Below, piece by piece: positions 40,199 to 50,784 of a stretch of DNA of 64,000 nt. Position numbers and translations under genes: made by a program. The notes below the pieces were generated by a model. That model was not told where the DNA came from. It did no database searches and worked only from the letters and a program-made list of their open reading frames with translations. How positions within the stretch are numbered: the stretch's first letter is position 1; every line of letters begins with the position of its first letter. Origin of the DNA: Spirochaetia bacterium (GTDB taxonomy: Bacteria > Spirochaetota > Spirochaetia > SP-2023); assembly GCA_965263295.1 (NCBI GenBank), contig OZ253665.1, positions 896,001 to 960,000 on the forward strand, read 5' to 3'.

Positions 40199-41794
40199 TC
40201 ACATCGACAATTTGATAACATTCAGATCGGGAAGCATTTCTTTATAACGAGTTTGCAGTGCCCGAACACTATTCGCAAACAGACGCTTGTTCAGACCGGC
40301 CAGGTCACGACTTGGCTCCAGGTGCAAAGACTTCAGATCGACCGGCTGGCCGTAATGCCTGACCTCATAGTGCACATGGGGACCTGTAGCCCTGCCGGTG
40401 CTACCGACATAACCAATAATATCGCCCTGACGCACACGAGAACCGACGCGGTAGCCGGGCTGGAAGCGGCTCATATGCCCGTACACAGTATCGTAACCAT
40501 TCGCGTGGCGAATGATAATGTGGTAACCATAACCAATCCTACTCCAGCCGCGCGCTATGATCGTGCCGGATCCCCCTGCCTTAATCGGGGTCCCTGTCGG
40601 AGCCGCATAGTCGGTACCACGGTGCAGACGCCAAGTTCCCATAATTGGATCGCGGCGATAGCCAAAGGGTGAAGATATATACGCCCCGTTCACCGGCATC
40701 AGCAAGAGGGCCTTGCTGGCACTGCGTCCCTCAGGGTTAAAGAAGTCAGATTTACCCGCTAAATCAGTATATTCAAAAATTGGGAAGCTCTTGCCATCAG
40801 CTAGCGTGATATTGGCATAAACAATCTCTCCCGATGCCACTCGCTTATTATTTTCATTGTAAATCATAGTATATATCAGCTCATAACGAGTCCCGCTCTG
40901 GATATCACTCTGGAAATTAATGTCGAAACTATAGCGGTTAAACATATCCAACAGAATTCCGCCGGGAACGCCTTGGTCGACGCCATCCTGATAAAGCGAG
41001 CGCGTTACCGTTACTTTTTTATTAAAGGTCTTCGGATTTAGTTCGTGGTAGCGTATTTCATTTCTAGGCTCGCCCTGGTATAGATAGGTATTAACTGTTT
41101 TTTCCCTGCCGTCAATCTCAAACCCCACCAGGTGCCTACCCTCGTCTGTTTCGTCGGAAAAAAACAGCCGGATGGGATCTTCTGCGCTCAAATGCCCCAG
41201 ATTGACATCATCGCGCACACTCAGAGCCAAAGCGGAACTCTGTTTCTGAGTCAGGCCATAACGTTTCAGGAACGAAACCAGGGCTTCATTGCGTTGTAAG
41301 TGTCCGGTTTCTGTACTCAGCGAACTTTTCCAGTCTTGCCAGCTTTCTTCTGGGCCAACGGGCTCGCTGGATGCAACGTAATCATCCCGATTCAGTGCCG
41401 CATTTTCCGCTTTCGCCGCAGACAATCCCGGAGCCAGCCAAGAGACCCAAAGAAACGCATAAGCAATTAGCAATAAAATGCTGCTAACAATTCCTACAAT
41501 TCCTAAATGTAGAGGATGAGTGATAAAAGCATAAAATAATGAACGATTTGAATTTCTGGGCTCCAGGTGGCGACTAGCCCAGAGGCCAACAGCAGGAATC
41601 TCTTCGTGCAAGGACTTTGCCTCAACACCCACCTTGTTGTCTATGTTCAGTAAGCGGCGGCCATTCGAAAAATAACTGCGCCAAGGGCGCCTTTTTGCCG
41701 CCGCGGCAGGGAAGTACTCACGGTTACGACTAGTATCGTTTGTCCGGTCTGCTTCATCTTCCCAGGCATTCTTCGAATAATTCATTTTGTCCAT
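40199..41794 (-). CDS. M23 family peptidoglycan DD-endopeptidase (MepM-like)
   Basis: TM anchor, ISSPFGYR, HRGTDY, YGHMS, TGPHVHYEV. Confidence 0.92.
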   Translation of the reverse strand: MDKMNYSKNAWEDEADRTNDTSRNREYFPAAAAKRRPWRSYFSNGRRLLNIDNKVGVEAKSLHEEIPAVGLWASRHLEPRNSNRSLFYAFITHPLHLGIVGIVSSILLLIAYAFLWVSWLAPGLSAAKAENAALNRDDYVASSEPVGPEESWQDWKSSLSTETGHLQRNEALVSFLKRYGLTQKQSSALALSVRDDVNLGHLSAEDPIRLFFSDETDEGRHLVGFEIDGREKTVNTYLYQGEPRNEIRYHELNPKTFNKKVTVTRSLYQDGVDQGVPGGILLDMFNRYSFDINFQSDIQSGTRYELIYTMIYNENNKRVASGEIVYANITLADGKSFPIFEYTDLAGKSDFFNPEGRSASKALLLMPVNGAYISSPFGYRRDPIMGTWRLHRGTDYAAPTGTPIKAGGSGTIIARGWSRIGYGYHIIIRHANGYDTVYGHMSRFQPGYRVGSRVRQGDIIGYVGSTGRATGPHVHYEVRHYGQPVDLKSLHLEPSRDLAGLNKRLFANSVRALQTRYKEMLPDLNVIKLSM

Positions 41795-42173
41795 AACAAC
41801 CTCCCTCTTTCAGTCTTTAAGACCCGACAGAAGTCCCCCTCAAGCTGTCTCAGCGGCTTGCATGACACAAAAGTTTAATAATATCGAAACAAAATCAATA
41901 TAAATATCGGGCAATCATAAATATTAGGAAATATTAATTCAAGGCATTAATTGCAGCAATTTAGTACAATTACAAATCTAGACACCATTCGGAGCCAGCA
42001 ACTAAAATGCACACCCATCACAAAACAGCGGATAATTTTGCGAACTATTTTCTACATTTAGATAGAAGCATTTATCATGTATTTAACCCAGTATCCCAAT
42101 ATTTGCCAATGAGTCATCAATTGAGCTCCAGAAGCTTTAAGATTATCTTCTTCCTCACGCCGCCGGCGACAAA

Positions 42174-43769
42174 ATGCCAAGAGCTTGTCACAATAGCCCT
42201 AATATATATAATTGCAAGCGAATGCATATGACGCCGATCACTTCCCCAAAAAACCACTGGCAACTCAGGCTTTCCCCCCTGTCTTTAGGCATATTATTAC
42301 GCATTTTATACCGGGACACAACATTTGCACTCGCCGGTTTCTGCTGCCTTTGTATCTCCGCCGCTGTGGTCGCGCAGGTTTTGCGAGCTTCGCAACCTTT
42401 GATGGCTCAGGACTCCAAACCAGCTGAGAGTTTGACTGCCAACCACGCCCAGTCTAGATTCAAGTCTCAAAGTTTCGGTGCCACCAGGCTAGAGCAGAAC
42501 TATCACTTGAAGGAAAATACAGATCTGCGCATACGGCTGCAAAATTTATTCACAGCCCCCCTGAACGAGGTGTTGGCATCCAGGCAAACAATTTATAGTC
42601 AGCGAGATGGCAATCCTCCAGTAATGTTTCAGGTTCGCTTAAACAATGAGCAGCCCGACAAGCTCTATTATGCATTTGTAAATCTCTCAGACGACACAGA
42701 GAATAACACGACACCATCTCCGGTCAGTAGTCGCGGTAGTTACCTTATACGTCGCAACTTGCAAACAGACCGCATTGATCAGATCAAAATTTTCCTCAAC
42801 TACAATATCGGGAACGAACAAAGCTTTATTCGAATCTCTCCGAAGATGAATACTCCTTATTCAGAAATAGAAGTTGTTATTTTTGATCGAACGATCTACT
42901 CTGGCGTCCCGCTATCCATCCCCTTTGCAGATATTCTAACTATGCCATTGCATCAATTTCTGCAGATGACAAGCGAGACTATCCCGTGGGAAACTCTGTG
43001 GAGTGACCCAACATTGACCGATTGGCAGCTAGTAAAGCAAATACCACAGCAATTACGCCCTTTTCTCTACCAGATCCCCGAAATATATGACGGAGCTATC
43101 GACGCCCACGGCCTCTTCGTGCGCATTCAAACAGGCGAACCCCTAGAAAACCCAGGAATGAACTGTTCGGGCTTCGTTAAATGGGTGGCTGACGGCGTAT
43201 ATCGCAGTCTAAAAAGACGGGAAGATGAGCAGCCATATTTAGATATTAATGTTTTAAGACATCGCCAGACTCAAATTCGCGGTGCCAATAACTCTTGGAG
43301 TGATGCCAAAGAAACTACGCGTGACCCGTATTTTGGCTTAGACTGGGCCCGCGCCATCGCCCAAGAGCTTTTAGAGCTCAAGTTGGGACGCCCTGTCGAT
43401 ATCCGCACCAGCGATGTGCGAGCAATTCCTTTTTTCAATTATCTTGAAAATGTTGGCTACCCTGTCGCCAACATTAATGCCATGATGTACCTGTTAGCTG
43501 TCAAAACCCCCGGAGCTTTTTATCTCGGTGCTATCAATGGCACATTCGGCGATCCCCCCCTTCATCAGTATTATCATGAAGTCGTATTTTTCCCTTATTT
43601 TAAAACAAACGGCAAATTTGAGCTAGTAATTATGGACACAGGCGTAGAACGTAGCAAAAGTTTCATTGAAGCCCGTTATAGAAACGCTTACGTGCATTTG
43701 AGCCTGATCAATGCACCTTACGTGTATCAGGCTGCGCCTTTAGATCTTCGCCAAAGGCCAAAAGAGTAG
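42174..43769 (+). CDS. Exported hypothetical protein with NlpC/P60-like NCSGF motif
   Basis: N-terminal hydrophobic segment; GMNCSGFVKWV and downstream YYH. Confidence 0.65.
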   Translation: MPRACHNSPNIYNCKRMHMTPITSPKNHWQLRLSPLSLGILLRILYRDTTFALAGFCCLCISAAVVAQVLRASQPLMAQDSKPAESLTANHAQSRFKSQSFGATRLEQNYHLKENTDLRIRLQNLFTAPLNEVLASRQTIYSQRDGNPPVMFQVRLNNEQPDKLYYAFVNLSDDTENNTTPSPVSSRGSYLIRRNLQTDRIDQIKIFLNYNIGNEQSFIRISPKMNTPYSEIEVVIFDRTIYSGVPLSIPFADILTMPLHQFLQMTSETIPWETLWSDPTLTDWQLVKQIPQQLRPFLYQIPEIYDGAIDAHGLFVRIQTGEPLENPGMNCSGFVKWVADGVYRSLKRREDEQPYLDINVLRHRQTQIRGANNSWSDAKETTRDPYFGLDWARAIAQELLELKLGRPVDIRTSDVRAIPFFNYLENVGYPVANINAMMYLLAVKTPGAFYLGAINGTFGDPPLHQYYHEVVFFPYFKTNGKFELVIMDTGVERSKSFIEARYRNAYVHLSLINAPYVYQAAPLDLRQRPKE

Positions 43770-43989
43770 GCTTTACGCCCTGGCAAAATTAATCACTGTA
43801 TTAAAAGGCTAAGTCTGCAAACTCCGTTGCGCCCGCAAGCTTTTTGCCTTAAATAAGTTGAAGAACTAAAACTACAAAAATAATTAAAGGTTTAACACCA
43901 AATCTTATCATTGGTATTATTAGGATCAATAAATACAAAAGGTTGCAACTGTGCAACCCTATAAATAACTGCTACTATGCAGTAGAATT

Positions 43990-44062
43990 TAGCAGGGGTA
44001 GGACTCGAACCTACGGCCTTCGGGTTATGAGCCCGACGAGCTGCCAACTGCTCCACCCTGCG
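43990..44062 (-). tRNA. tRNA-fMet (CAT, initiator)
   Basis: CGCAGGG...CCCTGCTA with unpaired 1:72; anticodon arm TCGGG-CTCATAA-CCCGA with three G-C pairs. Confidence 0.97.
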
Positions 44063-44317
44063 ATCTGTAACTAAAACTAGGATATTCGCATCCACAAAAC
44101 TTGTCAAGATTATCTATAGTTTTTTTTCCTTGGTCATAGGCTACATTTTGCAGTGATATGCAATATTTCTTAATATTTCATTATAATGATTATATTTATC
44201 TTATCTACTACAAACAAAGATATAAATTATACTTGTAAAATTCTTAATTTCCTTGAATAATAGCCTGCCAATCGCTTCACTCAAGCAGCTGGAAAATCTC
44301 AAGTAATACGGTTTCTA

Positions 44318-46768
44318 ATGCATCGACATTTAATGTTTCGACAGATAAGATTAGCTATCTTGAAACTAAAGTTTAGTAGACAATTAATGCTGGGCTCTTT
44401 TATAAGTTCCCAATCTCTACAGTCAAAATTATTACGAAAAAGAAAATATGCTATTTTTCTCGGCGCCATGACGCAGCTGCAGGCATACTCTTGCAGCACT
44501 GCCAGCGCAGAAAATAACTTATTGTGGGACATGGAGCCCGAAGTGGTGCGCGAACATTTACAGCAGCGCGATTTACTTGATATCAAGGCCCATTTAACGA
44601 AGGACCAAAGCCAGCAAATTATGCGAGATGCCCGCTTGATCGGCACAGACAGCCTCTACACCATTGCCCTGATATTTGCCGAAAAAAAAGAATGGGATCT
44701 ATACCAGCGCGCAATGATGGTACAATCGTATTCGGGCAGCAAATACGGCCAAGAAATCGCCCTGCAGCACATGGCACAACATAAAATATTCAGCGACGAT
44801 CAGCGCCTCAACAGCCTACAACAACATCTGAAAAAGCAAAACCGTGACGGCAAGCACCTGATCCAGGCGGCAACTTTAGCCCTAGACAAAGGCAAAGTCG
44901 ATCTGGCCCGCGACTTCTGGGTGCAGTTTATTTCCAGTCGGCGCACACCTGCGACTGAATTAAGCCTAGACCAAGTTATTATTGGCTTGAAGCTCGCTCT
45001 ACTGCAGCGTGACCAGCTGAGTGCCAACTACTACATGCGCAAGGTTGTGCTGGGCTTTTCCGCCGACACGGCGCACGAGGACTTGCTGCAAGACTTAAAT
45101 ATACGCCCCGAGTGGCGAGAGCTGTTGCACGCAAGCCAAGAGGGGCCCCCTCTGTTGCAAAGTCTGGAATGGAAGGTCAATTTGCTCCAGAAAAAATTTT
45201 CCCAAACCTTGCCCCAATTATTAAACAGCGGCGCGCACCTAGATGGCAAGGAACAACTTAGCGAGCCGTTGAGTTTCTGGTGGACCCATCCCGTTCTGGT
45301 TGAAGACACTGGCAGGGCCCTCTTTAACGCTAATAAATATCGCTCGCAAAGTCGCAACGTGAAAGACGGTCGCCGGCGCTTCCAAAGCCTAATCGGCGGC
45401 CAGACCTCACTGGCCTTCGACCGGAAGACCTACAACAACCTTATTTACTGGTATATCCGCAATAATCGAAATTACCCGGAAATGGAAAAATACAGAGCAG
45501 AATTCCGCGGTGACGATTCTCTGCGCCCTTGGCTACTGACTGAGTACCTCTACTTTTTCAAAAATGCGGATCACTGGACTGATTTTCCTGCCTTTTTGGC
45601 ATCTTGGCGGCGGGAACAGCCGGATAAACTCAGTTTAAACAGTAGCAGTATCCGGATTTTCCGGCAAATTTATCGCGATATGTCGGCACGCAAAAAACGC
45701 GATTTATTGCAAAAAATGTTTCGCGAGGCCAGACGTTGGGGACAAGAAGAACTAATCCTCGAAAGTGCCTGGAATTACCGCCTCGTAAAGGGTCAATCCT
45801 TAAGTACAAAAGAATGGTTGCTTATACCGCGGTCGAGACGAAGCCGGGTTATATCTGACATCCGGCTGTTCGTACTGCGTGCCGACCAAGGTGAAAATAT
45901 GCTGCCACCATTGCGCGAGCGTGAACCAGAAGTTCCTCTAAATCCTGCACAGCAGGCTCTAGAGGAACTTCTGCGCTCTCTAATTGATCACGGCTTCAAC
46001 GACGAGGCCTTGCGTCTGGCACGTATTTACCATCAAGATCTGTCACCGAGCAGTATTGTGGACTTTGCCCGGCGCATTCAGGCACAAGGAGACTACGACA
46101 TTGGCATGCGCATGGTCGCCCAACTGACTTATGACGAAAATTACAATATGTCACGCGAAGCTTTGAAACTGTTTTATCCCAAGGTTTATTACAACTTAAT
46201 AAACAGTTTTTCTGAGGAATACAGTTTGCCGATATCAATTTTTTATGGTTTAATACGCCAAGAAAGTTATTTTTCGCCAGCCGTCGTTTCGCACGCAGGC
46301 GCAATCGGCCTGAGCCAGTTGATGCCTGCCACCATGCACGAAGTGGCGCGGAAAATCGGCTTTCGCGATCCCGATGCCACAGACCCCGCGACCAACTTGA
46401 AAATTGGCTCTTACTACCTGCGCTACCTAATTGACCACCGCTGGACAAATAACTTGGCTCAGGCCCTGATGGCCTACAATGCTGGCTTAGGCAATATCCG
46501 CAAATGGAAAGCCCGCCTGGGAAGTTTGAGCGGTCTGGAATTCAACAATTCTGTTCCCTTACGGGAAACCCGCCTTTACGTACAGAAAATTGGCGCCGGC
46601 GCAATTTACTATGCAATCTTATACAATTGGAGGGATCCCATTTCAGTTCTACACACAATCTACCCCCAAGATTTCCCCAATGCCCAGGCCAAGACCCAGG
46701 CCCGCGCCCAGCAAATGCTTAAGCTGACGGAATATCCCCATGAGCAATCTATTTTGGCTCAGCGATGA
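44318..46768 (+). CDS. Soluble lytic transglycosylase (Slt70-like)
   Basis: Helical N-region, IRQESYF, GAIGLSQLMPAT, AYNAG, ETRLYV; start uncertain. Confidence 0.9.
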   Translation: MHRHLMFRQIRLAILKLKFSRQLMLGSFISSQSLQSKLLRKRKYAIFLGAMTQLQAYSCSTASAENNLLWDMEPEVVREHLQQRDLLDIKAHLTKDQSQQIMRDARLIGTDSLYTIALIFAEKKEWDLYQRAMMVQSYSGSKYGQEIALQHMAQHKIFSDDQRLNSLQQHLKKQNRDGKHLIQAATLALDKGKVDLARDFWVQFISSRRTPATELSLDQVIIGLKLALLQRDQLSANYYMRKVVLGFSADTAHEDLLQDLNIRPEWRELLHASQEGPPLLQSLEWKVNLLQKKFSQTLPQLLNSGAHLDGKEQLSEPLSFWWTHPVLVEDTGRALFNANKYRSQSRNVKDGRRRFQSLIGGQTSLAFDRKTYNNLIYWYIRNNRNYPEMEKYRAEFRGDDSLRPWLLTEYLYFFKNADHWTDFPAFLASWRREQPDKLSLNSSSIRIFRQIYRDMSARKKRDLLQKMFREARRWGQEELILESAWNYRLVKGQSLSTKEWLLIPRSRRSRVISDIRLFVLRADQGENMLPPLREREPEVPLNPAQQALEELLRSLIDHGFNDEALRLARIYHQDLSPSSIVDFARRIQAQGDYDIGMRMVAQLTYDENYNMSREALKLFYPKVYYNLINSFSEEYSLPISIFYGLIRQESYFSPAVVSHAGAIGLSQLMPATMHEVARKIGFRDPDATDPATNLKIGSYYLRYLIDHRWTNNLAQALMAYNAGLGNIRKWKARLGSLSGLEFNNSVPLRETRLYVQKIGAGAIYYAILYNWRDPISVLHTIYPQDFPNAQAKTQARAQQMLKLTEYPHEQSILAQR

Positions 46769-46814
46769 GCAGATGTCGCTTCTTATCACGACTCCCTTGT
46801 TCTTCCATAGTTTA

Positions 46815-46845
46815 CCTGCCTAAATTTCGTGGCTTTCGTGCTTCC
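46815..46845 (+). repeat. Partial TTTCG-box element
   Basis: CCTGCCTAAATTTCGTG, identical to the start of the 35320 core, followed by a second box. Confidence 0.65.
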
Positions 46846-47045
46846 CCCCCTCTTGGCATACAGAGGCTGCTCGCTCCGATAGATGCCGGGAACCAGTTGT
46901 TACTGTAGCGACATATTAGGCTTGCCCATCTGCCGCCAGGAAAATCTGCAATATTATTTATTTAGTCATGCTTTGCTTAAAACTTGCCGAGATAGACGCT
47001 ACCTGTTAATATACTTGACAAACTATTTTTAGTAAATGAGGCTCC

Positions 47046-47462
47046 ATGAAACTGCGGGAAATCTGGCAGTCATTTATCAATCTGGTCAAACGCGAAAACC
47101 CCATTACGTCGAAGTTCGTATTCTGGTATGTAATTGTCATAATTATATTTACTATGCTAATCGTAGCGGTCAAGGTCATACCCATGGTTCAACGAACCAT
47201 TCGTTTAAACCAGGAGATACAACAAGGTAAAATCTATATTCGCGGCCAAAATCCTTTTTTAAACCCTGATATTGATGACTTTATTTTTGAGTATGACGGA
47301 ACATTCCAGTTGGAAAAATTCTATCCATTGCGTGTTCCTCAAGCTCAGTGGGACCAGGCCGAGATACAAGAGTACTGGGATGATATTGACCAAAAGAAAC
47401 TAAAAGACTTGAGAGAGGACAACCTACAGATGCTGGAACAGCAGCTAGAGGCTCTGCCTTAA
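47046..47462 (+). CDS. Hypothetical single-pass membrane protein
   Basis: 138-aa ORF, one TM segment, GAGG RBS. Confidence 0.7.
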   Translation: MKLREIWQSFINLVKRENPITSKFVFWYVIVIIIFTMLIVAVKVIPMVQRTIRLNQEIQQGKIYIRGQNPFLNPDIDDFIFEYDGTFQLEKFYPLRVPQAQWDQAEIQEYWDDIDQKKLKDLREDNLQMLEQQLEALP

Positions 47463-47494
47463 CAGAATTTTTTTCTTTAGTAGAATGACACGGC

Positions 47495-49390
47495 ATGAAG
47501 AATTGGGTGCAAAACATTATTTCCAACATTATTTCTACGGCTTTCCCCAGCTGTTTTGTGAGTTCTGGGACTGTATCACGTTTGTGCCTCTTATGCTTAT
47601 TGCTTTTAATTAAACCAGTTACAATTTATTTTTCATTTCCCTTATGCGCTCAGAATCCCGCTCAAGCTGCAGAAAAATCGCTCCAAGATACAGAAAAACT
47701 ATCCAATAAACGGAATAAACGAGAAAGCCAGAATAATTCAGCTGATGCTGCGGAAGCAGTCCCTCCTCTTTTGCCATTTTCTTCCCGTAAAAACTCTGGC
47801 TCTGGCCTAGATTCTGATTTTGGTCCCGGTTTGGGCATCGCAGATTTTTCACCGGGTGATATCCAACAGCGGCTGGATTCTGTCCGTAAGGACTCAGCTT
47901 CGCCACTGCAGCCAGAATTTTATCCCCAGCGCCGAGAGCCAAGAGAAGCCGACGCCAACAACGCCGCACCTTCAGCAGATACAACAGAGCCTCCAACAAG
48001 CTCCGCGCTGGCCTCCCAGACAGCTCCGGCTACTCAGTCCGCTGCGCCAAATACTATGGATCAACAGAAAGTCCAGTCTCCATTGCCAATGAAGCAGACA
48101 AGGCAAATGAAAAAAACAAGCTCAATGCCACGGACTAATTCCATGACTAATCCCATACTAGACAAACGTCCCCAAGTCGAGCGAGAGACTAAGCGGCAAG
48201 CTCAGACTGGCGCGCGGCCGACCTTGCGGGCTGCGGATTTAAACGATGTAGTGATTCCCCAGCGAAGCTCCCCTTCTGAGCAAATTAATGTGTCTAAGAC
48301 AATCTCTCTGGACACCCCCCTTCAACTTTCCTTGCATGGCTTGATCTGGACTTATATCCCCAGCTTGAGTCAATACCCAAACCAACCAGATTTTGAACGC
48401 GAGCTAGGCAACCTTGAGACCTCATTTCGCTTTGAGTTTCCCTCTGCCGGTCGTTATCTTTTGGCTTTTTCACGTCAGTTTCCAAGTACCGGAGAGCTGG
48501 AATACTATAATGCTGAAATTATCGTAGAAGGTGAGCCCGGTGAGCCCAGAGAAGAGCCAACTGGCAACACGCCTGTAGAAACAAGCCAAGCTCAAGCTTT
48601 CATGGCCGAGCCAATTGAAACAAACAATGTCGCCCAAAAGCAAGGTCTCAATTTAAAAAGCAATGCCAATACCCAAAATATTGTAGAAAATAACTTGAAT
48701 TATCGTATCACAAGCCAGGTTGTTAGTGGTGTACAGCGCATGCTTGATGACGGCGAACTGGAGTCAGCCTACCAAACTTTAAACAACTGGCCCGCGAGTG
48801 AGCGCGGAGATATCTATGACACGGCAGCCCAAAAATTTCTAGATGCGGGCATGTATTCTCAAGCTGTCGATATGTGGAAGCACAACACAAGCCTGGATGG
48901 TGAACTGCAAAACAGAGCGGTAGTCGGAATTGTGCACGCCCTAACTCAGAGTGCGGATTCGGAAAGTCTACTGCAGTGGCTGCCAGAATTTGTCGAACAA
49001 GCAAAACGGCAGCAGGAGGAGGACAGCCTCCTGCAAGAATCTCTGATTGACTCAAACGACTTTGCCGATATCTATCGAACTCTTTTCAAACTTGGTGACA
49101 CATCGGCAAATGATTCGACAAATCATACCGTTGCAATGGCAGACAACGAAAAAGCAAATGATATCCTGGAATTTTACCAAACTTATGTGAATCACTTTGC
49201 AGATTCCAATAGCCCTGAAATTCTTTATAATATGGGTTTATTATTTGAGCAACCGGGTCGCCATCAAGATATACGCCGGGCCGGCCGTTTATACAAAAAT
49301 ATCCAGGTCAATTATCCTGTCGATGAATACAGTCAAAAAGCTACCGAGCGCCTAGACTACTTGAACCGGCAATTCTTTCATGTCCGTTAA
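47495..49390 (+). CDS. Exported TPR-containing protein
   Basis: Low-complexity N-region, C-terminal TPR (EILYNMGLLFE...A..LY..I..NYP). Confidence 0.7.
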   Translation: MKNWVQNIISNIISTAFPSCFVSSGTVSRLCLLCLLLLIKPVTIYFSFPLCAQNPAQAAEKSLQDTEKLSNKRNKRESQNNSADAAEAVPPLLPFSSRKNSGSGLDSDFGPGLGIADFSPGDIQQRLDSVRKDSASPLQPEFYPQRREPREADANNAAPSADTTEPPTSSALASQTAPATQSAAPNTMDQQKVQSPLPMKQTRQMKKTSSMPRTNSMTNPILDKRPQVERETKRQAQTGARPTLRAADLNDVVIPQRSSPSEQINVSKTISLDTPLQLSLHGLIWTYIPSLSQYPNQPDFERELGNLETSFRFEFPSAGRYLLAFSRQFPSTGELEYYNAEIIVEGEPGEPREEPTGNTPVETSQAQAFMAEPIETNNVAQKQGLNLKSNANTQNIVENNLNYRITSQVVSGVQRMLDDGELESAYQTLNNWPASERGDIYDTAAQKFLDAGMYSQAVDMWKHNTSLDGELQNRAVVGIVHALTQSADSESLLQWLPEFVEQAKRQQEEDSLLQESLIDSNDFADIYRTLFKLGDTSANDSTNHTVAMADNEKANDILEFYQTYVNHFADSNSPEILYNMGLLFEQPGRHQDIRRAGRLYKNIQVNYPVDEYSQKATERLDYLNRQFFHVR

Positions 49391-49450
49391 AAAATTCAGG
49401 TTAAACTGTTTGCCAGATTTGAAAATTATTTTTGTTATATGTATAATTAA

Positions 49451-49895
49451 TTATTTGTTTGGCGTAGCTAAGATGGAAATTACGGCCGCAACCAGTAATA
49501 TACTGCCTCCAATGAGTTGATTGAATTTTAGCACGGAGTCAAAGAACCGCAACCCTAGAGCAATCGTGGCCAAGGGCTGTAAAGTCAGTAATAACACCAC
49601 TTGGGTACAACTTTGGGTACTGCTAAGGTGATTCTGTGAGTGCACCTACAAAAGAGTTGCGCCAAAAAAACTGTTCAAGCCCAGTAGGACTGGAAATAGT
49701 CAAGGTAGCTAGAAAACGAACAAACCCAGCCGTTTGCCATATTTTATTTTCGCCTCGCAGACCGTAGTAAACGAACAACAGCACCACGCTGGTAGTACGA
49801 AAAGGACTGTTCTGTAAGTGTCCTTGTCCCACAACAGACAATTTCTTGGCTTCCCGCGTATCAGATAAACGGGCAGGCCAAGGTAAAACCGGCAA
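49451..49895 (-). pseudogene. Degraded EamA/DMT transporter 3' fragment
   Basis: C-terminal LLTLQPLATIALG..FF...NQLIGGSILL in broken frames, abutting the IS end. Confidence 0.55.
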
Positions 49896-49913
49896 ATAAA
49901 GCTAAAATTCCCT

Positions 49914-50755
49914 TAGGCTCAGGACTCATTTCTAAAACAAGACGATTGTCGCAATGTAAATTGCCGATTCAAAGGTGTGTGTAACGATCATATCGCATCG
50001 CAATACGCCAGTCCAGTTTAGCAAAAGTATTCTCGACTTTATCACGATTTTTATAACTCCAGCATGCCCTCGTTACGGCTCTTGCAACAGGGAATACAAC
50101 TCGCAATATTCTGATCTGCAAGTATTTTTCTTACTCTAAAACTATCGTAGTCCCAATCTGCAATCAGCACTTGCGCCGCTAGAAACTCAGAAAGCAAAAC
50201 ATCCGCACTTTTGAAATCACTTCATTGCCCTTATTTTAGATGAAGCCGTATCGGGCGCCCCACACCACCCCGCCCAGAACATGTAATTTGCTATTCATAC
50301 CTTCCTTTAGAGGTATTGGTTGAATGATCGGCCCGGTCAAGCGTGGCTCGCCCCCTTTTTTTGAGGCTCAATACCGTGCGGTGTGCCTTGAGATGGGTGG
50401 CATCACAATCATCAGCATGTCCGTCTGTGCAGCGTTTGGCTTGGCCAATTCTTTGAAGATCTTTTTGAAAACACCGTTTTTTGACCAGCGTAAAAAACGA
50501 TTGTAAAGTTTTTTATACGGGCCATATTCAGGCGGTGCATCGCGGCAAGCGTGAACCATTGCGAGTAATTAATAAAATACCGTTCAGGACACGTTTGTCA
50601 TTTGCCCCAGGAACGACGTGTGACTTTGAGAAATGGGGTTTTAGACGCGACATCTGATCATCGCTCAACCAAAAAAATAGATTGCTCATTGGAAGGCTCC
50701 ATGATAGAGATATTGAATCACTTTGCTCTCTTGAAGCCAATGGGCCTTAAACCTA
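49914..50755 (-). mobile_element. Decayed IS5-family element (IS427/IS1031-like) with pseudogenised transposase
   Basis: Fragments MSNLFFWLSDDQM...RVLNGIL and RDAPPEYGPYKKLYNRFLRWS; imperfect terminal inverted repeats TAGGCTCAGGACTCATT and AATGGGCCTTAAACCTA (12/17). Confidence 0.85.
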
Positions 50756-50784
50756 AATAAGTGCATGGACCTACGAGCAATCCC

